From assembly GCA_022709525.1 (NCBI GenBank), contig JAKLIQ010000012.1, positions 1 to 63,411 on the forward strand: 63,411 nt of DNA, given 5' to 3'. Positions 29,754 through 39,558 of the stretch are shown one piece after another. Made by a program: the position numbers and the translations under genes. A model generated the notes under the pieces. That model saw only the letters and a program-made list of their open reading frames with translations. It was not told where the DNA came from and ran no database searches. Positions within the stretch are counted from its first letter, which is position 1; every line of letters starts with the position of its first letter. The DNA comes from Candidatus Omnitrophota bacterium. GTDB taxonomy: Bacteria; Omnitrophota; Omnitrophia; Omnitrophales; Aquincolibacteriaceae.

Positions 29754-30716
29754 ATGAAAGAACGTTGTCTCGGCAGGACGGGTTTGAGCGTTTCGGAAAT
29801 CGGTTTCGGCGGCTGGGCAGTCGCGGGGGGAAGCTACGGCCCCGTCCGTGATACCGATTCCCTGGACGCTCTCGAGGCCGCCTGGGAGTCCGGAGTCAAT
29901 TTTTTCGACACCGCCGACGTTTACGGCGAAGGCCATGGGGAAGAACTTCTTGGGGAATTCCTGAAAGAAAAACCGCGCGACCGGGCCGTAGTCGCTACAA
30001 AAGGCGGCTGGGACTTCTATGGCGGGGGGCATCACAAAAATTTCAGTCCGGACTATCTCCGTTCCGCATGCGAACAAAGCCTCAAGCGGCTCGGAACCGG
30101 GACGATCGACCTTTATCAGCTGCACAATCCCTCGGCTGGGACGATCTTGGAAGGAAGCGCGTTAGGCGCGCTCGCGTCTTTGAAAAAAGAAGGCAAGATC
30201 CGCTTCCTAGGCGTTTCCGTCCACACCGAATCGGAGGCGCTTGCGGCGCTTGAAGATCCCCGGGTCGACGCGATCCAGGTCATTTTTAATGTTCTGGACC
30301 AACGCATGGCCGGGAAAGTTTTTTCTCGGGCCCGAGAAAAGAACGTTGGCGTGATCGCGCGGGAGCCGCTCGCCTCAGGCATCCTGAGCGGCAACTATGC
30401 GCCGTCACATGAGTTCCCGAAGGATGATCACAGGCGGCGTTGGCTTGCCGCGAAGAGGGAAGCTGATTGGAAAAAGGTCGAATCTCTCAAAGAAGTTCTG
30501 ACTCACAAAAAAATAAAACTCGCCCAAGCGGCGTTAGAGTTTACGCTTGCTTACCCGGCGGTATCGACCGTGATCCCCGGCGCGAAAACCCGCGCGCAGG
30601 CGCTTGAAAACGCGGAATCCTCTTTACATCCCGCGCTGGATCGGGAAGATATCCGGAAACTGGAGGAACTTTATGCCCGTGAAGAGATCTTTCGCGAAGA
30701 GATGAACCCGCGATGA
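29754..30716 (+). CDS. aldo/keto reductase
   Basis: GFGGWA...FFDTADVYG...IDLYQLH... pattern. Confidence 0.85.
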   Translation: MKERCLGRTGLSVSEIGFGGWAVAGGSYGPVRDTDSLDALEAAWESGVNFFDTADVYGEGHGEELLGEFLKEKPRDRAVVATKGGWDFYGGGHHKNFSPDYLRSACEQSLKRLGTGTIDLYQLHNPSAGTILEGSALGALASLKKEGKIRFLGVSVHTESEALAALEDPRVDAIQVIFNVLDQRMAGKVFSRAREKNVGVIAREPLASGILSGNYAPSHEFPKDDHRRRWLAAKREADWKKVESLKEVLTHKKIKLAQAALEFTLAYPAVSTVIPGAKTRAQALENAESSLHPALDREDIRKLEELYAREEIFREEMNPR

Positions 30717-31930
30717 AAATATCCCGTCTTTTTTTTATCCTTTTGCTTGTTTTCGCCATCCTGTGGATGCTTCACGCCCGGCTTTTAGGGAAAGCGGTCG
30801 AACCTGTTTTAGAAAAACTTCTTACGGACGCTTTTGACATGCCAGTCCATGTCGAAGGAATGAAGATCTATCCCGTCTTTTCACGCGTGACCGTCCAAAA
30901 AATAGAATTCCTTAATCCTCCGGGCTTCAGACGACGGGACCAGTTCACTGCCAAAGGGATCACTTTGGAGCTGGATTTGCGGGTCTTGAAAAATAAATTC
31001 ATCAGGATCCGCAGGGCGCATTTTAAGGAAGTTGTTTTTGCGATCGAAAGCTACATGACCTCCCAGGGTTCCCGGACGAATGTCTGGCATTGGTATCACC
31101 ATATGGGGCTTGATGAAGAAGACGCGCCGCTTCCGCCGCGCGCCATGCCTCACCCCGAGAATATCGGCGAGGATTCCTGGCGCGTCCGCATCGACCGGCT
31201 GGACCTTGAGAACGGCACGATCATTTTCGACGACCGGCGCGAACCCGAAGAACAGCGCTGGATCTTCGAACGCATCAAAGGCTATTGGACCGGTTTTGAT
31301 TTTCTTTCTGATTACGTGAGCCCGACCTTTACGGAAACCATCCAGGTGGAGGCGACGTTCGGTTCCAATCCGCCCGCGCTTTTCAAGGGAGGCGGGCAGT
31401 GCCAATTCGCGGACGGAGATAATTTTAATGTCCGCACCGAGATCACGGGAGGTTCCATCGCGGAATATAACTTTCTGGCGGAGGGGATCTTCGGAGAAGT
31501 TGAAAAAGGGACCTTTGACCTTAAATCGCATCTTGTGTGCGTTGAAAGCGATCTTAAGTCCGAACATCAATTAACGCTCAGGTCCATGAAACTCACGGCG
31601 CCGACAGCAACCCAAAAGATCCTTAAATACCCTATGGACGCGATCCGCTTTCTTCTCGAGAATGAGAAGACAGTAGAGCTCAATATCAAAGTCGACGGTT
31701 ATATCGGCGATCCTAAGTTCCGGCTTTTCAGCGCCTTTACCCAAGCCCTTCAAAAAGCGCTGGTTTACAAAGCCAAAGCGGGCCTTGCAGGGACCGTAAA
31801 ACTTGCCGCGAGCGCCCCGGTTCAGGTCAAAAGCGGCCTCAGCCGGCTCGGTGAGATCTTAACCGAACCTTTTGCGGGACATAACGGTTCAAACGGGACG
31901 CAAACGGACGAGAATGAGAAAAATGTCTGA
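30713..31930 (+). CDS. membrane-anchored hypothetical protein (AsmA/DUF748-like)
   Basis: N-terminal TM anchor then a beta-rich periplasmic region; overlaps the stop of the upstream gene and the start of era. Confidence 0.5.
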   Translation: MKISRLFFILLLVFAILWMLHARLLGKAVEPVLEKLLTDAFDMPVHVEGMKIYPVFSRVTVQKIEFLNPPGFRRRDQFTAKGITLELDLRVLKNKFIRIRRAHFKEVVFAIESYMTSQGSRTNVWHWYHHMGLDEEDAPLPPRAMPHPENIGEDSWRVRIDRLDLENGTIIFDDRREPEEQRWIFERIKGYWTGFDFLSDYVSPTFTETIQVEATFGSNPPALFKGGGQCQFADGDNFNVRTEITGGSIAEYNFLAEGIFGEVEKGTFDLKSHLVCVESDLKSEHQLTLRSMKLTAPTATQKILKYPMDAIRFLLENEKTVELNIKVDGYIGDPKFRLFSAFTQALQKALVYKAKAGLAGTVKLAASAPVQVKSGLSRLGEILTEPFAGHNGSNGTQTDENEKNV

Positions 31931-32825
31931 GACAAAAGTGGGCTATGTGGCCATCATCGGAAGGCCCAACGTCGGAAAATCAACGCTTCTGAATTATCTC
32001 GTCGGGGAAAAGATCGCCGGGACTTCCGCCAAACCCCAGACAACGCGGGACGTGATCCGCGGGATCCTGACCGTTCCGGACGGCCAGGCCTACGAAAGCC
32101 CTTATCGCGGGCAGATCATTTTCTTGGACACGCCGGGCGTCCACCAGCCGAAAGACGCCCTGGGCAAGGGCATGGTTCGCGACGTTCACGAATCGCTCTC
32201 TAATGCGGACCTTGTTTTTTGGATGGCGTATCCCAAAGCGATGGGCGATGCGGAGCGCGAGATCTTGAAATGGGTCAAAGATCTTTCCATCCCCGTGTTC
32301 CTTCTGATCAATCAGATCGACCATTTTCCCAAAGACGACATTCTCGTCGCCTTAGACTCTTTTCAAAAAGCATACGCCTTTAAAGAATTCATTCCGATCA
32401 GCGCGAAGACGGGGGAGAATGTCAAAGTTTTGGTCCAGCAGGCGCTTGCTTATCTCCCCCAGGGCGAGTTCATCTATCCGGAAGACCAGATCTCCGATCA
32501 GAATATCCGTTTCCACGCGCAGGAAATGATCCGCGAAAAGCTTTATCATTTCCTGGGCGAAGAACTCCCGTATGACGGCGCCGTCCGGATCGATGAGTTC
32601 AAGGAAGAAGCGAAGATCACGCGTATCCGTGCCACCATCGTGATCGAACGGGAATCCCAAAAAGCGATCGTGATCGGCAAGGGCGGCGAAAAGATCAAGC
32701 AGATCGGCACGGCCGCGCGGCTAGACCTTGAAAAATTCCTCGGGCGGAAAGTTTTCCTGGAGCTTTGGTGTAAAGTGATCCCGGGCTGGAAAACGAACGC
32801 CGCTTTTCTTCGCGAATCACAATAG
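31923..32825 (+). CDS. era: GTPase Era
   Basis: GRPNVGKSTLLN, DTPG, INQID, C-terminal KH domain (VIGKGGEKIKQIG). Confidence 0.9.
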   Translation: MSETKVGYVAIIGRPNVGKSTLLNYLVGEKIAGTSAKPQTTRDVIRGILTVPDGQAYESPYRGQIIFLDTPGVHQPKDALGKGMVRDVHESLSNADLVFWMAYPKAMGDAEREILKWVKDLSIPVFLLINQIDHFPKDDILVALDSFQKAYAFKEFIPISAKTGENVKVLVQQALAYLPQGEFIYPEDQISDQNIRFHAQEMIREKLYHFLGEELPYDGAVRIDEFKEEAKITRIRATIVIERESQKAIVIGKGGEKIKQIGTAARLDLEKFLGRKVFLELWCKVIPGWKTNAAFLRESQ

Positions 32826-32836
32826 CCGGTTATTTC

Positions 32837-34030
32837 CTAGAAAGAGACAAAATCCGGGAGATCTTTGCCGATGAGTGGTAGGGCGTATTCGGCGAAAGCC
32901 GGCGTGATCATGCCTTTTTTCGCGTCGAAGAATTTTGCGGGGAGCTTTCTCTCGCGGTTCGGGATCTTTTCAAGCGGCACAGGCCGGTATTCGATCCCGT
33001 AACTTTTTCCGGATTTTCTTTTAAATCCCACCATGACTTTTGTCATTCCCCGGAGGGCCCATGATACGGCGCGTCGCCCGGCCTCATAAGCCTCTTTTTG
33101 ATCCGTCTTTGAAATGTAAGCCATGGACATGCGCTGGATCGTGCCGGGCTTGTCAAAACGCGCCCGCACCTTCAATTCTTTTTCAATGATGCTTGCGAGC
33201 CGCACGGCCGTGCCTTCCACATATTTATGGCCGAACGGATCCGCGATGATGCCTTCGGTTTTCCGGCCGATACGGTTCCCGCTGTAATCGCGTATTGTTT
33301 CCGAAATAACGATGACGCAATAACCCACTGATTGCAGGATGGCCTCGGTTCTCTTGATCAAAGCGGTCTCGTCGAACGGGATTTCAGGGATCAAGAGAAT
33401 GTGGGGGGCGTCTTCCGGCTTTTTTTTAAGGAGCGCCGAAGCCGCGACGATCCATCCGGAATTCCTTCCCATCAACTCGATGATCTTCACGGGATCGACA
33501 TTTTTCATCGCGCGCGTGTCCAGCGCCGCCTCTTGCGCGGTGATGGCCGCGAAACGGGCGACCGATCCGTAGCCCGGGCAGTGATCGGTTTCCACAAGAT
33601 CATTATCAATAGTTTTTGGGATATGAATCACACGAAGCGCATAATGTTCCTTTTCGGCGGCTCTGGCGATCTGGAGACTGGTATTGGCCGTGTCGTTCCC
33701 GCCGATTAAAAATACATAACGGATATTATTTTTTCGGAGACCACGGAGGATCTCTTGGTCGTCGCCGGGCTTGAGTTTGTAGCGGGAAGAGCCGAGCGCC
33801 GCGGAAGGGGAATTCGCGATCTTTTTTAGGAAGGCCGCGGGCCTTTGCTTCAGGTCCACGAAAGAATTTTTTAAAATACCTTCGATCCCGTTCCGGGAAC
33901 CCAGGATGCCGGTGATCCAGGATGAGGCGCGCGCGGCCTCGACGACGCCCGCAAGGCTTTGATTGATGACCGCGGTGCAGCCGCCGGATTGCGCGACGAC
34001 CGCCCTCCCTTTAAGCGAAACTTTTTTCAT
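32837..34030 (-). CDS. pfk: 6-phosphofructokinase (possibly PPi-dependent type)
   Basis: QSGGCTAVIN, IGGNDT, IPKTIDNDL motifs; start taken at MKKVSLKG. Confidence 0.85.
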   Translation of the reverse strand: MKKVSLKGRAVVAQSGGCTAVINQSLAGVVEAARASSWITGILGSRNGIEGILKNSFVDLKQRPAAFLKKIANSPSAALGSSRYKLKPGDDQEILRGLRKNNIRYVFLIGGNDTANTSLQIARAAEKEHYALRVIHIPKTIDNDLVETDHCPGYGSVARFAAITAQEAALDTRAMKNVDPVKIIELMGRNSGWIVAASALLKKKPEDAPHILLIPEIPFDETALIKRTEAILQSVGYCVIVISETIRDYSGNRIGRKTEGIIADPFGHKYVEGTAVRLASIIEKELKVRARFDKPGTIQRMSMAYISKTDQKEAYEAGRRAVSWALRGMTKVMVGFKRKSGKSYGIEYRPVPLEKIPNRERKLPAKFFDAKKGMITPAFAEYALPLIGKDLPDFVSF

Positions 34031-34032
34031 AT

Positions 34033-34389
34033 TCAAGCGACTTGGATCTCTTTTTCCAATTTTCCGCTCAGGTTGCAATACGCCTCGACGCTTATCGTGT
34101 CGCCCGCTTTAGCCTCGGGGATCGTTACTTCGACCGGCTGGGTGCGTTGCTGGAATTGTTCCGTAAAAGTGAGCGTTTTTATCTCCTGTCCGTTCAAACC
34201 GATATCCACTTTATTGATGTAATGGGTCATTCGGTTGCTTACGGGATGATAGATCACGGCTTTCAGGATTTTGGTGTTGTTATCGAATTCGATCTTGATA
34301 TCCGTAGGCGGATGGCCGAACGCCTGGCCGCCGAGAAGCAAAAGACCGCACAGGATCAAAGCGATTTTTTTCATAAAAAGTCCTTTCAT
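34033..34389 (-). CDS. exported small protein resembling the superoxide reductase (neelaredoxin) iron-binding fold
   Basis: Signal peptide MKKIALILCGLLLLGGQAFG. GHPP...YHPVSNRMTHYI...AYCNLSGKLEKE parallels SOR KHVP...HP..T.EHHI...YCNIHGLWE, but the last His is replaced by Ser. ATGA overlap with the upstream gene. Confidence 0.4.
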   Translation of the reverse strand: MKGLFMKKIALILCGLLLLGGQAFGHPPTDIKIEFDNNTKILKAVIYHPVSNRMTHYINKVDIGLNGQEIKTLTFTEQFQQRTQPVEVTIPEAKAGDTISVEAYCNLSGKLEKEIQVA

Positions 34390-35150
34390 GAATTTTTTAT
34401 TACCGTTTTTAATTGAAAGTCCGGGATCTTATTGATCCAGGGGACAAGAGCGTTCATCGCAAGCAAGGCAAAAAGCTCAGGCTCGTAGCGGAAACCCCAT
34501 TCGGTCAATAAAAAGACCAAAACTGCCGTACCCGCCCCGAAGGCGACCTTCGGCCAGAAAGTCGGCGGTGTCGTTTTGGGTTCGATCAGCATGATAAAAA
34601 TAAAAAAATAATTAAAATATCCCGGAATGTCCGCAAGCGATGACCCGCGTATCAAAGCCAGGGGGACGAAAAGCAGAATTGACATCACGAAATAACCGAT
34701 CACGATCTCCATTTTCCGGATCTTATGGACGAGGTAGAGACCGGCAGGAATAAGAAGATACCAAACGTAAGCCCCTTTCCATTCCGTGTATCCTTTTAGG
34801 AGAAGGACGGTCAGGAACAGGCCGCAAGCGGCGGGGTTGAGCAGATTCTTGCCGCGGAATCGAAGGAGATGCTTGGATCCGATCGTAAGCGCCGCCGCGG
34901 CAAAGAACATCCACCAGGGTGATCCTGCTGAAAGGACGAACCCAATGATCCAGCCGGAAGTGATGGCGCTTGCCGTGATCTGGAATTTTTTTGTCTTTAG
35001 AAAAAGGACCGATCCTTCGGTCAAAACAGTGAAAAAAACGGCCCAGGCAAAGGCGGCCAAAAGCTTCACGCTAGGGTCTCTCAAAATAAGATAAGCGGCC
35101 AAAGCGGCAAGGAACAGATTGATCTGAACTTTAACCGATCTCCAATTCAT
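34386..35150 (-). CDS. NqrB/RnfD-like integral membrane protein (orphan)
   Basis: ...GSKHLLRFRGKNLLNPAACGLF... resembles the RnfD/NqrB core; GGAGG 4 nt before ATG 35150. Confidence 0.5.
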   Translation of the reverse strand: MNWRSVKVQINLFLAALAAYLILRDPSVKLLAAFAWAVFFTVLTEGSVLFLKTKKFQITASAITSGWIIGFVLSAGSPWWMFFAAAALTIGSKHLLRFRGKNLLNPAACGLFLTVLLLKGYTEWKGAYVWYLLIPAGLYLVHKIRKMEIVIGYFVMSILLFVPLALIRGSSLADIPGYFNYFFIFIMLIEPKTTPPTFWPKVAFGAGTAVLVFLLTEWGFRYEPELFALLAMNALVPWINKIPDFQLKTVIKNS

Positions 35151-35251
35151 CTTTCCTCCCATGCGCAGGATGTTTTTACTGACAAGAAACAGTATAATGG
35201 AAACGCTTTGGCGAGACCAAATATTTAATTCATCTTTTCCTAGGAGCATCC

Positions 35252-36331
35252 TTGAAACAGATCACGATCCAAAAGGCCGGCGCGAAGGTATGGCGCGCGA
35301 AGCTCACGCGCCCTTTCAGTATCGCGAAAGGGCAGCATGATCTTCTCGAAAATGTCCTTTTTTGGATAGAGCTTTCAAGCGGCGCGCGCGGGTTCGGCGA
35401 GGCGGCGGTCGCAACGCATATTACCGGCGAGACTGTCGAAGAAACGCTCCGTCATTTAAAAGAAACAGCCCGCCAGGTCCCGGGCCGGAACATTCCCGAA
35501 TTTCCCCATATCGCGGAAGAAAGCAAGTCCCGGCTTTCCAAAAACCCCTGCGCGTTGGCAGCTCTGGAAATGGCGCTTCTGGATGCTTTGACCCGCGAGA
35601 AAAAAATGCCCCTTTGGCGCGCTTTCGGCACGCGCGTGCGGACCCTGAAGACCGATATGACCGTTGTGCTCGGCGATCTTTTTGAAGCCGAAGCGGCTGC
35701 GCGGGAGATCCTGAAACGCGGGATCCGGTCTTTGAAGGTGAAGATCGGACGGAATTTCGATCTGGACCTTCGCCGCGTCGCGACCGTCGCCAAGATCGCA
35801 AAAAAATGCCCGCTTTTTCTTGACGCGAATCAGGGTTTCACGGCCGCTCAAACGCTTAAATTCTTAAGAGAGCTAAAAAAACTCAAGATCAAGCCTGCGC
35901 TTATCGAACAGCCGGTCCCCAAAGAAGATTGGGAGGGGCTTTCAAAGGTTTCGCGCGACGGCGGGATCTTGGTCTGCGCCGATGAAAGCGTTTCGTCATT
36001 TCAGGACGCGAAGCGGCTCGTCAGGCAGAAGGCTGCCGGCGCTATCAATATCAAGCTCATGAAAATGGGCCTCTTGGGGGGCTATGAGATCGCGTGTTTC
36101 GCGAAGCGCCACGGCATCAAGCTCATGATCGGGACGATGATGGAAACGCCGCTTGCTGCGACGGCCGCGGCCCATCTGGCGGCCGGGATGGGCGGGTTTG
36201 ATTTTATTGACCTGGATGCGCCTTTTTTTATGGCCGAAAGGATCACGCGCGGCAACTTTGTGAATCGCGCGGGGCTTTATGATCTTTCAAAGATCTCAAA
36301 AGGGATCGGCGTCCTGCCGCTTGAAGCATGA
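35252..36331 (+). CDS. enolase-superfamily dipeptide (L-Ala-D/L-Glu) epimerase-like enzyme
   Basis: LKVKIG, LDANQG, IEQP, ADES motifs; TTG start with AGGAG 6 nt upstream. Confidence 0.75.
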   Translation: MKQITIQKAGAKVWRAKLTRPFSIAKGQHDLLENVLFWIELSSGARGFGEAAVATHITGETVEETLRHLKETARQVPGRNIPEFPHIAEESKSRLSKNPCALAALEMALLDALTREKKMPLWRAFGTRVRTLKTDMTVVLGDLFEAEAAAREILKRGIRSLKVKIGRNFDLDLRRVATVAKIAKKCPLFLDANQGFTAAQTLKFLRELKKLKIKPALIEQPVPKEDWEGLSKVSRDGGILVCADESVSSFQDAKRLVRQKAAGAINIKLMKMGLLGGYEIACFAKRHGIKLMIGTMMETPLAATAAAHLAAGMGGFDFIDLDAPFFMAERITRGNFVNRAGLYDLSKISKGIGVLPLEA

Positions 36332-37476
36332 TCCAAAATCCTTTCGGCATTTTTTGCGTCCTTCTTCTTATCGAGGCGCTCATTCTTTTTTTCTCCGAGA
36401 GCCAAAAGACGCAGAAATTCTTTCGCTTTCCGCCCGCCCTTTTTTGGATCTATTTTATCCCCATGCTCGTTTCGGGAACGGGTGTTATTCCGCGGGATCA
36501 TGTGATCTATGCGAAGATCACCGGAACAGCGCTTCCCGCCGGGCTGATCCTGCTTTTGATCGTTACCGATATCAAAGCGATCTTGAAACTTGGCCGGCCC
36601 GCGCTCATGATGATGTTCGCCGGGACCGCCGGGATCATGGTCGGCGCTCCGGCCGTGATCGCGATCTTGAAGCCGTGGCTTCCCGCGGACGCGTGGTCGG
36701 GATTCGGCACGCTTTCGGCTTCCTGGATCGGCGGAAGCGCCAATATGGTTGCTGTCAAAGAAGCGATCCGCACGCCCGACGCGATCTTTTTTCCGATGAT
36801 CGTGGTCGATACGGTGGTGGCCTATTCCTGGATGGGCATGTTGATCCTTCTGGAAGGGATCCAGAAAAAATACGATGCGTGGAACCGTTCCGACAGGGGA
36901 TTGGTCGAGGATCTGGTCCGGAGGACTTCTTGTGAGAAAGCAGCCGGCAAAAACTTCAGTTTTCAATATTTGCCGCTTATCCTCGCAATAGCCTTTGGCG
37001 GCGGGTGGATCTCAAATAAGCTGGCCGGCGCCGTAGGCGGCGGTTCTTTCGCCTGGACGATCATTTTCGCTTCGACGCTCGGCATCCTGCTTTCTTTTAC
37101 ATCGTTCCGGAAACTGGAACTTCACGGGGCGTCCCGGGCAGGCTATCTTTTTCTTTTTCTTGTCCTGACCTCGATCGGAGCGCGCGCAAGCCTTTCGGGG
37201 ATCCTGTCCGCGCCCATCTTGATCGCCGGAGGCGTTATGTTGGTTTTGATCCACGGCGCGTTTATTTTGATCGTTTCCCGCGTCGCGCGCATCCCGCTTT
37301 GTCTTGCCGCGACCGCGAGCCAGGCCAATATCGGCGGCCCGGCTTCGGCGCCTATTGTCGCCGCGGCTTATGAGCCCGCTTTGGCCCCTGTCGGATTGTT
37401 GCTTGGGATCCTGGGGAATGTGATGGGGACTTATCTGGGGCTTGTCACAAGCCAGCTTTGCCGATGGGTCTCTTAA
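36328..37476 (+). CDS. polytopic membrane protein, DUF819-like
   Basis: 382 aa, about 10 TM helices, WIGGSANMVAV motif; family assignment from memory. Confidence 0.45.
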   Translation: MIQNPFGIFCVLLLIEALILFFSESQKTQKFFRFPPALFWIYFIPMLVSGTGVIPRDHVIYAKITGTALPAGLILLLIVTDIKAILKLGRPALMMMFAGTAGIMVGAPAVIAILKPWLPADAWSGFGTLSASWIGGSANMVAVKEAIRTPDAIFFPMIVVDTVVAYSWMGMLILLEGIQKKYDAWNRSDRGLVEDLVRRTSCEKAAGKNFSFQYLPLILAIAFGGGWISNKLAGAVGGGSFAWTIIFASTLGILLSFTSFRKLELHGASRAGYLFLFLVLTSIGARASLSGILSAPILIAGGVMLVLIHGAFILIVSRVARIPLCLAATASQANIGGPASAPIVAAAYEPALAPVGLLLGILGNVMGTYLGLVTSQLCRWVS

Positions 37477-37481
37477 AACGT

Positions 37482-37552
37482 CGGGACTCGTACCTCGGGA
37501 CTCGGGATTCGAAAAACCAGAAACGAGTCCCTAGCCCCTAGTCCCGAGCCCC
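37482..37552. repeat. heptad-periodic hairpin element, flavour C
   Basis: gggactc gtacctc gggactc gggattc (37483-37510); partner gagtccc tagcccc tagtccc gagcccc (37525-37552). Confidence 0.7.
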
Positions 37553-37606
37553 CCTAGCGTGGTTAAAAGTAGACGGGTCGTTTATGTCTGTTAAAATGCT
37601 GTTCTC

Positions 37607-38230
37607 ATGAGAAAATCAACGTCTGTTAAAATCAAGGCCGTCATCTTCGATCTCGGCAATGTGCTTGTGAATTATGATGTCCAGAAAGCCGCGCGCCGCT
37701 TCTCAAAAGCGGGCGGCATCTCCCAGGTCCGGATCTGGGCGCATTTTTTCCTTTCCAAATTCGAACAGGCCTACACGCGAGGCGAGATCTCGACGCGGGA
37801 ATTCTACCGGGAAGCGTGCCGGGTCTTTAAAAAGAACATTCCTTACGGAACCTTCAAGCATTACTGGAACGACATCTTCTGGGAAAATCCCGGCATGGAC
37901 CGGCTGCTTGCCAGGATCAAAAAACATTACCCGCTTTACCTGATCTCCAACACCAACAAGCTTCATTTCGACCACATCAAGAAGCATTTCAGATTACTGC
38001 GCCACTTCAAAAAAGTTTTCCCTTCTCACGAGGTGGGTGCCCGCAAACCTGACCCCAAGATCTACCGCCGCGTTCTCGCGAAGATCAAACTCGAGCCCGG
38101 GGAGACGGTTTTTATCGATGATATGGGAAGATTCATTCGTAGCGCCCGTCAAGTCGGCATGCATGCGATCCATTTTAAAGGCCGGATACGGCTTATCCGG
38201 GACCTTCGCCGGCTTGAGATCAAGTTCTAG
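37607..38230 (+). CDS. HAD-superfamily hydrolase
   Basis: VIFDLGNVL motif I, ISNTN motif II, FIDD motif IV. Confidence 0.75.
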   Translation: MRKSTSVKIKAVIFDLGNVLVNYDVQKAARRFSKAGGISQVRIWAHFFLSKFEQAYTRGEISTREFYREACRVFKKNIPYGTFKHYWNDIFWENPGMDRLLARIKKHYPLYLISNTNKLHFDHIKKHFRLLRHFKKVFPSHEVGARKPDPKIYRRVLAKIKLEPGETVFIDDMGRFIRSARQVGMHAIHFKGRIRLIRDLRRLEIKF

Positions 38231-38235
38231 ACTGT

Positions 38236-39090
38236 ATGGCCGGTTTTTTCAAAACAGCCCTCCTTCTTTCGATCCTGACGCTATTAACGGTTTTCGCCGG
38301 CCGCGCGCTTGGCGGCAAGGACGGAATGATTATCGCTTTCTTTTTCGCGGTCATCATGAATTTTTCGGCTTATTGGTTCAGCGACCGGCTTGTGCTCGCA
38401 ATGCATCGCGCGCAACCACTTGCAAGAGAGGAAGCCCCCGAGGTTTTTGAGATCCTGGAGGAACTTTCCCGTAAGGCGGGGATCCCGCCGCCGCGTCTTT
38501 ATATGATCCCCTCGGCTTCGGCCAACGCTTTTGCGACGGGCCGCGACCCCCAACATGCCGCGATCGCGCTCACGCACGGGATCGTAGGGCTTCTTCATCG
38601 CGAGGAACTCTCCGGGGTCTTAGCGCATGAACTGTCCCATATCCTGAACCGGGATATTCTCCTTTCTTCGATCGTCGCGATGCTCGCTGGGGCTCTTAGC
38701 ATGACCGCCTCCATGTTCCGATGGTCTTTTTTCTGGGGCGGGGAGCGCGACGATCATGATAGCCACCATCCGTTAGCTCTGGTTTTGATGGCTATTTTGA
38801 TGCCTCTGGCCGCGGCCCTTATTCAGATGACGATCTCGCGGGCCAGGGAATATGGGGCCGATGTGCGGGGAGCCGCGCTATGCGGGGACCCCCTTTTTCT
38901 TGCGAGCGCGCTTAGAAAAATAGACGGCGCTTCCCGAAAAATCCCTTTGCGCGGCGGTGGGCCCGCCAGCGCGCATCTTTTTATCGTGAATCCCTTTACT
39001 TCAAAGGGATGGTCCGCTCTCTTCAGTACCCATCCTTCTCTGGAGGACCGTATTGCGCGCCTTGAATCCTTAGCCCGCTCCGGCGGTTGA
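38236..39090 (+). CDS. htpX: M48 zinc protease HtpX
   Basis: HELSHI zinc motif, four TM segments, EYGAD. Confidence 0.85.
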   Translation: MAGFFKTALLLSILTLLTVFAGRALGGKDGMIIAFFFAVIMNFSAYWFSDRLVLAMHRAQPLAREEAPEVFEILEELSRKAGIPPPRLYMIPSASANAFATGRDPQHAAIALTHGIVGLLHREELSGVLAHELSHILNRDILLSSIVAMLAGALSMTASMFRWSFFWGGERDDHDSHHPLALVLMAILMPLAAALIQMTISRAREYGADVRGAALCGDPLFLASALRKIDGASRKIPLRGGGPASAHLFIVNPFTSKGWSALFSTHPSLEDRIARLESLARSGG

Positions 39091-39095
39091 AAGCA

Positions 39096-39124
39096 TTGAC
39101 GATGGGTAAGGCAGCGGTTAAAAT
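39096..39124 (+). promoter_or_regulatory. sigma70-like promoter of the ferredoxin gene
   Basis: TTGACG, 17-nt spacer, TAAAAT; AAGGAG before ATG 39169. Confidence 0.45.
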
Positions 39125-39168
39125 ACGCCTCTCACACAACCAACACATCAATTAAGGAGAATCCAAGA

Positions 39169-39480
39169 ATGGCTTACGTTATTACTGAAAAATGCCACGG
39201 CGAACGTTACGGCCTTTGCGCCGGCGTATGCCCTACCGAGGCGATCTATCCCGGGACTTATCAAGGCAAGGATTTCATGGTCATTGACCCGGCGGTTTGC
39301 ATTTCCTGCGGCGCCTGCGCGGCCGAATGTCCGGTCGGCTCGATCGTCGAATCCGAAGACATGGATCCGACTTGGGCCAAGATCAACGCGGACCTTGCCG
39401 CCCAATTCAAGTCGAATCCTAAGGCGACCCCGCGCTCGAAAGATGAAGCGCCGAAGAAACCCGGCAATAAGCTGAAATAA
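39169..39480 (+). CDS. ferredoxin (Fe-S, 7Fe/2x4Fe type)
   Basis: MAYVITEKC...CAGVCPTEAI and CISCGACAAECP motifs. Confidence 0.85.
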   Translation: MAYVITEKCHGERYGLCAGVCPTEAIYPGTYQGKDFMVIDPAVCISCGACAAECPVGSIVESEDMDPTWAKINADLAAQFKSNPKATPRSKDEAPKKPGNKLK

Positions 39481-39500
39481 AAACCGTCAAATTTTTCCAG

Positions 39501-39540
39501 TTTGCCTATCCTGAGACCCAGGATAGGCAAACTTGTCTTT
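39501..39540 (+). terminator. rho-independent terminator after the ferredoxin gene
   Basis: tttgcctatcc, 9-nt loop, ggataggcaaa (11 bp perfect), followed by cttgtcttt. Confidence 0.6.
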
Positions 39541-39558
39541 GAAGATAAGGAATCGAAG

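Noticed and set aside
35421-35851. Three overlapping minus-strand ORFs (113-131 aa) inside the epimerase gene, and similar nested ORFs at 5690..6067 and 36277..36966
   Set aside because: They overlap confidently assigned sense genes, are R/S/P-rich, and have no independent support.
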